Below, piece after piece: positions 1-9,448 of a stretch of DNA of 64,000 nucleotides (positions are counted from its first letter, which is position 1; every line of letters starts with the position of its first letter). A program made the translations under genes and the position numbers. Below the pieces are notes generated by a model. The model ran no database searches. It was given only the letters and a program-made list of their open reading frames with translations, and was not told the origin of the DNA. This DNA comes from Eledone cirrhosa (taxonomy: Eukaryota), in the NCBI GenBank assembly GCA_964016885.1, contig CAXHJY010000928.1, positions 124,001 to 188,000 of the forward strand, given 5' to 3'.

Positions 1-1080
1 CTGGGTTCTGTTTTCTCGTCTACTTATAAGGACCTTAGTCTTTGTCATGTTGACTTTGAGGCCCTTTCTCTCTAGTCCCTGCTTCCAGGTTTGGAATTTA
101 TTCTCTAGTTCTACCATAGATTCAGCTATGAGTGCGAGGTCATCAGCATACAGGAGTTCCCATGGGCATCCGGTCTTAAACTCCTCCGTTATTGCCTGCA
201 GGACTATGATGAACAGGAGAGGGCTAAGAACAGAGCCCTGGTGGACCCCAACCTGTACGCTAAATTCCTCGCTATACTCATTGCCAATCCTAACTTTGCT
301 GACTGCTCCCCTATACATGGCTTGTACCGCTTTCACAAGCCATTCATCTACTCCTAGTTTTCTAAGAGCCCACCAGATTACTGCACGTGGAACTCTGTCA
401 AAGGCTTTCTCAAGGTCGACAAATGCCAAGTAGAGTGGCTTACTTTTAGCTAGGTACTTTTCCTGTAATTGCCTCACAAGGAAGAGCGCATCAGTGGTGC
501 CTTTCCCTGGAACAAACCCAAATTGCATCTCGTCTATATTCACCCGGTCCCTAATCAGCTGTGCTATAACTCTTTCTGTTACTTTCATGACCTGGTCCAT
601 CAACTTTATACCTCTATAGTTTCCTCTATCTAGTGCATCGCCTTTACCTTTGTAGCAGTTGACAATGATGCTACTGCACCAATCTTTTGGTATGGCCCCC
701 TCTAGTATTACCTGGTTAACGATACGTGTGGTTATAGTGTGACCTACAGACCCAGATGCCTTCAGCATCTCGGCAGCTATACCCGATGGACCGGTTGCCT
801 TCCCTATCTTCATATCTCTGATTGCCTTACTTACTACGCTGCCGCTGACTTGTACTGCTGGTCCCTCTATAGGGTCTACGTGGGGTAGGGTCTCTTCTTC
901 CCATGCATTCTCCTCATTTAGTAATCTATCATAATGACTCTTCCATGCATCTTTCTTCTCAGCACTTGTGAGGGCAAGCTCACCTTTATCATTCCGGATA
1001 CACTTCTCTCCAATGACATCACAACTATCTCTGACACACTGCCTCGCAATCTTGAATACCTCCTGTTTCTGGTCCTCACG
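1..1080 (-). mobile_element. RTE-clade LINE, reverse transcriptase region (runs off window start; 5' side ends at the microsatellite)
   Basis: Manual minus-strand translation gives [16 protein letters not shown]...[15 protein letters not shown]...[24 protein letters not shown]...[17 protein letters not shown]...[14 protein letters not shown]...[13 protein letters not shown]...[12 protein letters not shown] (YADD at 139-150)...[12 protein letters not shown], all typical RTE RT motifs. A probable frameshift lies near 1030. Confidence 0.93.
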
Positions 1081-1447
1081 TTGTATGTATGTATATATAT
1101 ATGTATGTATGTATATATATATGTATATATATATGTATATATATATGTATATATATATGTATATATGTATGTATATATGTATATATGTATGTATATATGT
1201 ATGTATGTATATATGTATGTATATATGTATGTATATATGTATGTATATATGTATGTATATATATATGTATATATGTATGTATATATGTATGTATATATGT
1301 ATGTATATATGTATGTATATATGTATATATATATCTATGTATATATGTACATGTATGTATATATGTATATATATATATGTATATATATATGTACATGTAT
1401 GTATATATGTATATATATATATGTATATATATATGTACATGTATATA

Positions 1448-1482
<35 letters not shown>

Positions 1483-1682
1483 ATATATGTATATATATAT
1501 GTATATGTATATATATATGTATATATATATGTATATATATATGTATATATATATGTATATGTATATGTATATATATATGTATATGTATATATATATACAT
1601 GTATATATATGTATATATATATGTATATGTATATATATATACATATATATATATGTATATATATGTATATATATATATATGT
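1081..1682. repeat. Compound (TA)n/(TATG)n microsatellite, ~600 bp, with 12-14 bp sub-periods such as GTATATATGTAT
   Basis: Directly visible alternating purine/pyrimidine tract; it produces the Y/I/M/V/C ORFs in the track. Confidence 0.98.
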
Positions 1683-1688
1683 ATCCAC

Positions 1689-2023
1689 TTGGCTTAGTGT
1701 TTAGAGCATTGGCCTTGCAATCGAAAGGTTGTGTGTTCAATTCTCAGACCGAGTGATGTGTTGTTTCCTTGAGCAAGACACTTTATTTCACTTTGCTCCA
1801 GTTTACTCAGCTGTAGAAATGAGATGGTAGGGACTGGGGTCCCTATCATTCCACTGCAAAGTGGTCGTGGAGGTGCCACGGCAAAAAAGCACCCAGCACT
1901 CACTGTAAATGAGGTTGGTGTTAGGAAGGGCATCCAGCTGTAGAAATCGAGCCAGAATCAGTTCCCATCCCACCCTTGAAAGCAGGGAAAAAGCGGATGT
2001 AAAATGAAATGATGATGATGATG
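1689..2023 (+). mobile_element. tRNA-derived SINE (CORE-like central segment) with RTE-type 3' tail and (ATG)n end
   Basis: Pol III A-box-like TGGCTTAGTGTTTAGAGC and B-box-like GTGTTCAATTC; CORE-like GTTGTTTCCTTGAGCAAGACACTT; 3' end CCCACCCTTGAAAGCAGGGAAAAAGCGGATGTAAAATG..(ATG)n. A second copy lies inverted at 5781-6127. Confidence 0.85.
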
Positions 2024-2034
2024 TATATATATGT

Positions 2035-4590
2035 ATCATCATCATCATTTTACGTCCGCTTTTCCCTGCTTGCAAGGGTGGGAAGGGTCCTATTCAGCAC
2101 AGCATCTCTCCACTTGTTACGGTCCTTCGTCATCTCCGCCGTGAGCTTCAGCAATCTAATGTCTGTTCTCACCACCTCGCCCATGTTTTTCGTGGTCTAC
2201 CTCTACCACGTCTTCCTTCAACTGGCATTTCCTGGCACTTCTTCACCCATCGGTCATCCTCTATGCGCATCACATGTCCATACTACCGCAGTCTCCTCTC
2301 TCGCACACTACATTCTTTCCCTCTCAGACAGTTTCTCTCTCAACACATCCATGCTGGGTCGTTCATGCACATTGACATTGCACATCCAACGGAGCATGCT
2401 TGCCTCATTTCTCTCCAGCCGTCGCATATCCTCTGCATTTGCTGCCCATGTTTTACAACCATGCAGCATCGCGCTCCTCACACAGGCATCATATAACCGG
2501 CCTTTCGTACGCAGGGAGAAACCCTTCTTCGTCAACAGAGAAAGCAGCTCCCTAAACTTCTTCCAACCCGCCCTTATTCTAGATACTATGGCCTCGGAAC
2601 ACCCTCCTCCCATGCTAATCTGATCTCCTAGATATCGGAAGCTATCAGCCACTTCTATAGCGCCCGCCTGCATTTGAAAAATGTCTCTATCAATGCGACT
2701 TCTACTGTCTAATTTCCCTGTACATCTACTGCATACGTATTACTCCCTACCTGTTAGTTTGCCTGCTATCCCACTACATCTCTTGTGTACCTAGGATCTG
2801 CATTGTGTGCATTTTATAGAATTTATGCCAGTTCCTTTTCTGCATATCGAACATGGCCATTTCCCTGACAGAATCAGAGTTTTGTCCTCTTTTCTACTCA
2901 TCAACACTTTTGTCTTAGCTAGGTTCACTCTCAGTCCTCTTGCTTCCAACTGCTGTTTCCATAGCCAGAATTTATTCTCTAGCTCCTCTACTGATTCTGC
3001 TATAAGAACCAGATCGTCAGCGCAGAGAAGTTCCCATGAACAGCCAGTCTTGGAGGACTATAATGAACAAGAGTGGGCTGAAGACCGAACCTGATGTACT
3101 CCTACTTGTATCTGGAATTCCTCACAAAACTCCATTCCTACTCTCACTTTACTGACAGTACCCCTGTACAAAGTTTGCACTGTCCTCACAAGCCATTCCT
3201 CAACACCTAGTTTCCTTAGGGACCACCAGATGACAGATCGGGGTACCCTATCAAAGGCCTTCTCTAGGTCATCAAAGGCTATTCTTCTCTAAGAACCTCT
3301 CTTGTAATTGTCTCACCAAGAAGAGGGCATCTGTTGTACTTTTCCCAGGCACAAAACCAAACTGCATCTCATCTAGTTTGACCCTTTATCTAATTAGTTG
3401 TGCTAATATCCTTTCTGCCACTTTCATAACCTGATCCATCAGTTTTATACCCCTATAATTGCTCCTCTCCAGAGCATCCCCTTTACCTTTGTAGCAATTT
3501 ATGAGGATACTGCTGCACCAGTCTTTGGGTATGACACCGCCATATATAGCTTGATTGATGATGCGTGCAACCAGTTTAGTGCCTACGTCCACTGATGCCT
3601 TCAGCATCTCAGCAACTATCCCCAACGGTCCAGCAGCCTTACCATTTTTCATTTCCTTAATCGCCTCTTGGTCCCTATATTCGTCAATCTCAATAGCTGG
3701 TCCCTCTGTTTGATCTACCAAGGGTAATTTCTCTCTCTCCCATTCGTGGTCCACATTCATCAGTCTCTCATAATGACATTTCCAGGCCTCCTTTTTCTGA
3801 TCACTTGTGACACTAAGTACATTGGCATCATTTATCTCCAACAACATCCTGATTTGCATTGACAGACTACCTTGCAATGTGGAACACCGCACGCTCTGAT
3901 CTTCCCGTCGCAGAACATTGGCAAATCTCCTACTCTCAGCCTCCCTGTGTGCTAAGTACACCTGACGTCTAGCTTCTCTCTTAGCGGCTGTATATCCTTC
4001 TCTACTCCCACCCTTTTTCCAAGCCTTCCATGCTAGTCTTTTGTCTCTAATGGCCTTATCTACTGTGCTGTTCCACCACCAGGTCACTCTCTGTCTGGTT
4101 GGAGCTCTGCTCCAGCCACAGGTTTTTTCAGTAGCCTGCAGTAAGTTGTCACGTAAGAAATCCCAGTTATTATCTGTCATATGACTCTAAATCGTCTTCT
4201 TTTTGTCATACACATCTTGAAGGGCTTTCCTAAATTTGTATTTTAGTGAAAGGTCTTTTAGCTTCCAGACCTTTCTTCTCCACACCTTCCTGTATGTCTC
4301 ATTCCATCTCTTGCTTACTGAGATATCACTAATGACTAACCTATGCTGTGGGGTACATTCTTCCCCAGGGTATGCCTTGGTATTTGATACCATCTGCATG
4401 GCCCGCTGCCGAACTAGTAAGAAGTCAATCTGGCTTATGTGCTCGCCTGATTTGTAGGTTATTAGGTGGTTGGCAGGTGTCTGGAAGTTAGTGTTACAAA
4501 TAGTCAGTGTACTTGCATCACAAAATTCAAGAACACTCACTTCTTCTTCATTTCTTCAGCCCTATCCATGCCCACCATGTCCCATCCTGG
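2035..4590 (-). mobile_element. RTE-clade LINE, decayed, 5'-truncated within the endonuclease; EN C-half, linker, RT, Zn finger, C-terminus and 3' tail
   Basis: ORF 4187-4540 has APE motifs (ICNTNF..HLITYKSG..SQIDFLL..QHRLV). ORF 3386-4180 has TWWWN and [23 protein letters not shown]. The RT catalytic motif reads LLCADDLV (~3010-3030). ORF 2308-2673 has FRYLGD..SRIRAGWKKFREL..CVRSAMLHG. The 3' tail is AAGCGGACGTAAAATGATGATGAT. Multiple stops and frameshifts. Confidence 0.93.
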
Positions 4591-5139
4591 AGCCGTGCAA
4601 CAGCTTACTCTTGTCTTCACCATGCTGGCCAGTATGACTGTCTCTACGAAGTCATCTATTCCCTTCGAAATCCTAACATTTCGTCTTGTCTAATATAGCT
4701 ACTTGTATCAGGTTTATTTGGCCGAAATCCCCAGAGATGCTATAGGCCATGATGGCTACCTGCCTCACAATTTCCCTCCTGCCAACCCCCTCACACCACC
4801 ATAGCCTATTCGACCAATCAAACCTCAGCATGTCCCCCCCCCATTACCAACCCCAACAAACTCTGCAATTACTACTACTACTACTACCTCTCTCCTCACC
4901 CGTCCCAGCCCCAACACCCTGCCATTATTACCACCACCACTGTTCTTCTAGCCCAGAATTCTCCTACCGTTATGTATGGATGAGCTGAGAATAAATGGAG
5001 CAACCCCGAATTAATAAATCAAAATGAATATGAATCCGCGAGCTACCAAACACCCATACGAACCTTCAATTCAGAGACAGGAAGCATATACACACACCTG
5101 CAAAAAATTTACCCTTTCCCACGAATGTTGACAAATACC

Positions 5140-6958
5140 CAAAACTCCGAGTTGGAACCATCAACGTAAGCACAATGAAAGGAAGAGCACGAGAAATCGT
5201 TGTAGAGATGTTAGAGCGAAATTGATGTATGTTGTGTGCAAGAAACTAGATGGAGAGGAGAGTCCGCTAGAGTGCTTGTAGGCAAAAATCAGTGCTACAA
5301 ATTTTTCTGGGTGGGAAATTACGAGATGGGTGGTGTAGGTATACTATTAGTTGACAAATGGATAGATAAGGTAATCTTAGTGAACAGGGTGAACGCAAGA
5401 ATCATTAAACTCTTGAATAAAACAATTGCCACAATAATATCAGCTTATGCACCCCAATCGGGGTTGCCAGACGAACTTAAGGATAGGTTTTACGAGTCCC
5501 TAATGCACACTACTGCCCTAACAAACAACAGTGACTTCCTAATCATTGCAAGTGACTTTAACAGACACGTAGGTAAACTCCATGACATCTTCTATAGAGT
5601 CCATGGAGGCACAAGAAATGAAGAAGGCTTCAGGCATCTAGAGTTCTGTGACACCAATGACATGTTGATATGTAACACAAACTTCAAAAATCCTGACAAT
5701 CATCTACTCAACTATAGATCAGGGGAGCATTCTAGTCAGATAGATTTTATCCTCATCAGAGGATGTGACAGGTGGTTGGTTCATCATCATCATCATCATT
5801 TCATTTTACGTCCGCTTTTTCCCTGCTTGCAAGAGTGGGACGGGAACTGATTTTGGCTTGATTTCTACAGCTGGATGCCCTTCCTAACACCAACCTCATT
5901 TACAGTGAGTGCTGCGTGCTTTTTTGCCGTGGCACCTCCACGACCACTTTGCAGTAGAATGATATGGACCCCAGTCCCTATCATCTCATTTCTACAGCTG
6001 AGTAAACTGGAGCAATGTGAAATAAAGTGTCTTGCTCAAGGAAACAACACATCATCCGGTCTGAGAATTGAACTCACAACCTTTCGATTGCAAGGCCAAT
6101 GCTCTAACCACTAAGCCATGTGCCTCCATTGTAAACACAAAAGCCTTCCCTAGTGAGGAATGTACCTCCCAACATAACTTAGTTGTCAGCGACCTCATTG
6201 TCAGAACTAGACGAACTTGGAATAGGGGGCAACCTGGAGAAGAAAGATCTGGAAGCTGAAAGACCCCTCAGCCAGTAACAGATTTAAAGATATTTTACTC
6301 AACGACTATGACAGTAAAGAAGAACAGATAGAGACATTCAATGTAGAAGAGCACTGGGAGTTCCTAAAAAATAACTTACTAGAGGCGACGGATGAGATCT
6401 GTGGTTGGAGCAAGACCACAGGGAGGAGGAGAGTGACTTGGTGGTGGAACAATAAGATAGATGAGGCAGTTAAGGCCAAGAGACAGGCATGGAAAGAATG
6501 GAAGAATGGGGGAAGCAGGGTACATTACATAGAGACCAGGAGGGAAGCTAGGCGACAAGTATACTTAGCTAGGAGAGAAGCAGAGGATAGAAAATTCAAG
6601 CATGTTTTGTAGCATGAGGACCAGAAACAGGAGGCATTCAAGATTGCGAAGCAGTGTGTTAGAGAAAATTGTGATGTCATTGGAGAGAAGTGTGTCCTGA
6701 ATGATAAAGGTGAGCTTGCCCTCACAAGTGCTGAGAAGAAAGATTACTAAATGAGGAGAATGTATGGGAGAAAGAGACCCTACCCCAAGTGGACCCAATA
6801 GAGGGCCTAGCAATACAAGTCAGCAGCAGCATAGTAAGGCAATCAAAGATATGAAGACTGGGAAGGCAACTGGTCCATTGGGTATAGCTGAAGGCATCTG
6901 GGTCGGTAGGTCACACCATAACCACACGTATTGTTACCCAGGTAATACTAGAGGGTTA
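5140..6958 (+). mobile_element. RTE-clade LINE, endonuclease through start of RT, decayed, interrupted by a SINE; same family as 1-1080
   Basis: KLRVGTINVSTMKGR..VQETRW..GGVGILL..IISAYAPQ..ASDFNRHVG..ICNTNFK..SQIDFIL (APE endonuclease). It resumes after the SINE as IVNTKAFPSEECTSQHNLVVSD..VTWWWN. 6612-6958 matches the reverse complement of ~700-1080 with small deletions. Confidence 0.9.
5781..6127 (-). mobile_element. tRNA-derived SINE, apparently full length, inserted antisense into the RTE endonuclease
   Basis: The reverse complement begins GGAGGCACATGGCTTAGTGGTTAGAGCATTGGCCTTGCAATCGAAAGGTTGTGAGTTCAATTCTCAG (A and B boxes), is highly similar to 1689-2023 and ends in (ATG)n. Confidence 0.87.
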
Positions 6959-7391
6959 CTTTAACTAATTAGATCATGGAAAAGTTATTTTATCAATTTA
7001 AAAACACACAAAAGCTGTTAATTTTGCTTTACATTTATCATTTATTTGTTGGTGTCAAATAAATATATTTGCTTTAGTTTCGACACATGGTCACAGATCA
7101 AGTTACTTGCCAGACAAGTACAACAGCTTTATCAATTTCTTTGCTAACAATTACTAATTTTTCTCACTCCATTGTTGCTACCTACCCATGTTCTACCTGT
7201 GTTCATTGGCTGAGTGATCATGAACACTAGGGTGGTTGTCATGTCTTTAGCAGAGGTAAAGAGTTCTCCAATTATTATATCTATGTGAATGAGTGTGTAT
7301 TTTGAACAATAAAAATGAAACAAAAGTCAGATGTAGGTTGTTAATAGTACTTCATTGTTTTATGATCATTTCAGAGGTCTGATTGATCATG

Positions 7392-7538
7392 GAACACTAA
7401 GTAGTGGTTATGTCACCACATATTTTAAAGTTAAATCATTCCGTCTTCCTCAGAAACAATCTTCTGATGGAGATGGAGTATTTGAATTTGAATACTGGCA
7501 CTAAAAATATGTGGTGATGTAACCACTACCTAGTGTTC
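7392..7538. repeat. 35-bp imperfect inverted repeat with ~77-bp spacer (possible MITE/DNA transposon relic)
   Basis: GAACACTAAGTAGTGGTTATGTCACCACATATTTT (7392-7426) versus the reverse complement of 7504-7538, GAACACTAGGTAGTGGTTACATCACCACATATTTT; 3 mismatches. Confidence 0.75.
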
Positions 7539-8215
7539 AATCATTTGATTTACCATGATCACAAAATATGTCACTTATCAAGCAATGCCTGTGCTTGAAG
7601 CTTTTTTAAGTGAGGAAAGGCTTTGCAAGGGACCAATCGCAGTCAGATATTTTCCAACGCTATTGTAAATGAAAACATGATATTTATGTTGAAACCATTG
7701 AATGTAAATATTTATATAATGTGTGTGTTTGTGGTTTATTGGGATTATAACTGAGACCACAATGAACAGAATATTCAATGAAGGAAATATTTCAGATTTG
7801 ATTAAATGTAATTTTTTTTAAAGCTGTTAATGAATTTTACACAAAGTCCTTTTCATTACTATATTTCTAATAAAAAACCTATGGTTTACAGATAAGTTTT
7901 TAGATAGTAAAAAATTTAGGGGATTTATATATTTTTTCTCTTTAAACTGGTGTCTGGAACATGATTCAACAAAGGTTCTTTACATAAAATTAAAATGGGA
8001 AGTTTTTAGATAAATATAAACACTTTAAAATAAATAGTTCCTCTGCACTATAGAACCAAAGACAGTTTCAGGTAGATTGATATAAAAGGAGTAAAACACC
8101 ACCCAAGTATCAGTTCCTAAGAAAGGCATACTTTATTAATTTTACAAAAAGATTGAAAATGTAGTTTTCCAAGGTTTTATTTTATGTTAATAGACACAAT
8201 AATATTTTTAAAGAG

Positions 8216-8550
8216 ATCATCATCATCATCATCATCACCGTTTTACGTCCGTTCTTCCACGCTAGCATGGGTTAGACGGGTTGTCCTGTTGTGGGCAGTG
8301 TCTGGTCGGCTGACCATGCCTTGCTCATACAGGAACTGATTTGGCTTGATTTCTACAGCTGGATGCCCTTCCTAACACCAACCTCATTTACAGTGAGTGC
8401 TGGGTGCTTTTTCGTGGTGCCTACACGTCCACTTTACAGTGTGGGCTGGGTGCTTTTTTTGCTGTGGCACCTCCACGACCAACTTGCGGTGGGGGGTGTG
8501 GGGGCATATTGTCTATATGCTTCAGCTTGTACCCATGGGAGGTCGGGTAC
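8216..8550 (-). mobile_element. 5'-truncated RTE 3' UTR copy ending in (ATG)n; near-identical to 27706-28031
   Basis: (CAT)n-CCGTTTTACGTCCGTTCTTCCACGCTAGCATGGGTTAGACGGG...CCCATGGGAGGTC recurs at 27706-28031, where it is attached to an RTE ORF C-terminus. Confidence 0.8.
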
Positions 8551-8587
8551 TCTGGATAAAATATCTCTCTCTCATATATATTAGTAC

Positions 8588-8790
8588 TGTGGATTAGCAG
8601 TATTGGTAGAGGGTAAGACGCCATGCTTTGCAGCATATAGTTGTGTCCCTTTATGGTCTGAGTTCAAATCCCGCCAAGGTTAACTTTGCCTTTCATCCTT
8701 ACAGGATCGATAAAATAAAGCACCAGTAATACACTCGGATAATTGCTGGCCTAGTGCCAAAAGTATAAACAATTATTTTTATTATTATAT
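8588..8790 (+). mobile_element. Degenerate SINE with Nin/Deu-type core and (ATT)n tail
   Basis: B-box-like GAGTTCAAATCCC followed by TTTGCCTTTCATCCTT..GATCGATAAAATAA..ACCAG (resembles the Nin/Deu SINE domain); ends TTGCTGGCCTAGTGCCAAAA..ATTATT. A related copy lies at ~31280-31495. Confidence 0.65.
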
Positions 8791-8861
8791 ATACTGCATA
8801 GCACAATATTTACTTACCTTATGCACCAAATTTATTCACAGTAATTCTTTTTGAAGACATC

Positions 8862-9334
8862 CTTCTTGAAGACATCACCCGGATCACTGATGGTGGCTCA
8901 TGGGTGGATGTTGTTTATCTTGACTTTGCTAAAGCTTTTAATTCTGTATCACAAGATTTATGGCAAAACTCTTTGCAATGGGTGTGAGAGATGATCTGTT
9001 CTTGGCCCCCTTTTGTTTGTTGCATATATTAATGACATAGATGCCAACTTAGAGAATGCCACAGTACTGAAATATGCAGATGACATCAAGCTGTACCTTG
9101 AGATAAAAAGGACAGATCCTGAACACTATAGATCTTGCCTGCAATCTGACCTGGACACAATGAAACAATGGATCAAGGATTGGCAACTCAAGCTGGCTGT
9201 GGACAAGTGTACCACCATGCATTTTGGGAGTAAAAATCCAGCATCCACATACTCCCTCCACAACACTAATATCAAGAAGTCTTTTTGTGAACGTGACCTG
9301 GGTATTACGGTCAGCAGCGATTTGCATTGGACGA
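8862..9334 (+). mobile_element. CR1-group LINE ORF2 reverse transcriptase fragment, internally deleted
   Basis: LEDITRITDGGSWVDVVYLDFAKAFNSV, then LGP.LFVAYINDI..KYADDIKLY..LQSDLD..W..WQLKLAVDKC..MHFG..ERDLGITVSSDLHW; these are CR1-type RT and thumb motifs. Confidence 0.9.
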
Positions 9335-9445
9335 AGTAACGCAATCAAAGATATGAAGATGAGGAAAGCAACCGGTCCATTGGGTATAGCTGCTGAGATG
9401 CTGAAGGCAGGTCACACTATAACCACACGTATTGTTAACCAGGTA
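9335..9445 (+). mobile_element. ~110-bp RTE fragment spliced between the CR1 RT and the CR1-derived satellite
   Basis: Encodes [35 protein letters not shown] and matches ~6833-6945 and the reverse complement of ~712-831. Confidence 0.85.
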
Positions 9446-9448
9446 GTT

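Noticed and set aside
47-433. Plus-strand ORFs at 47-433, 2009-2623, 2807-3094 and 4236-4457
   Set aside because: They are antisense shadows of minus-strand RTE coding sequence.
934-1756. Long Tyr/Ile/Met/Val-rich ORFs on both strands
   Set aside because: They are translations of the TA/TATG microsatellite, which lacks stop codons.
3008-3030. CADD instead of YADD as a novel RT active site
   Set aside because: It is a single TAC-to-TGC type change in a copy with many stops and deletions; the related copy at 139-150 has YADD.
4600-5140. C-rich segment with a His/Pro-rich ORF between divergent RTE copies
   Set aside because: Low complexity; possibly the 5' UTR of the + strand RTE, but I cannot support any call.
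6055-6127. tRNA gene (also 1689-1750)
   Set aside because: A and B boxes are present, but the acceptor and anticodon stems do not pair properly and the sequence continues into a SINE body.
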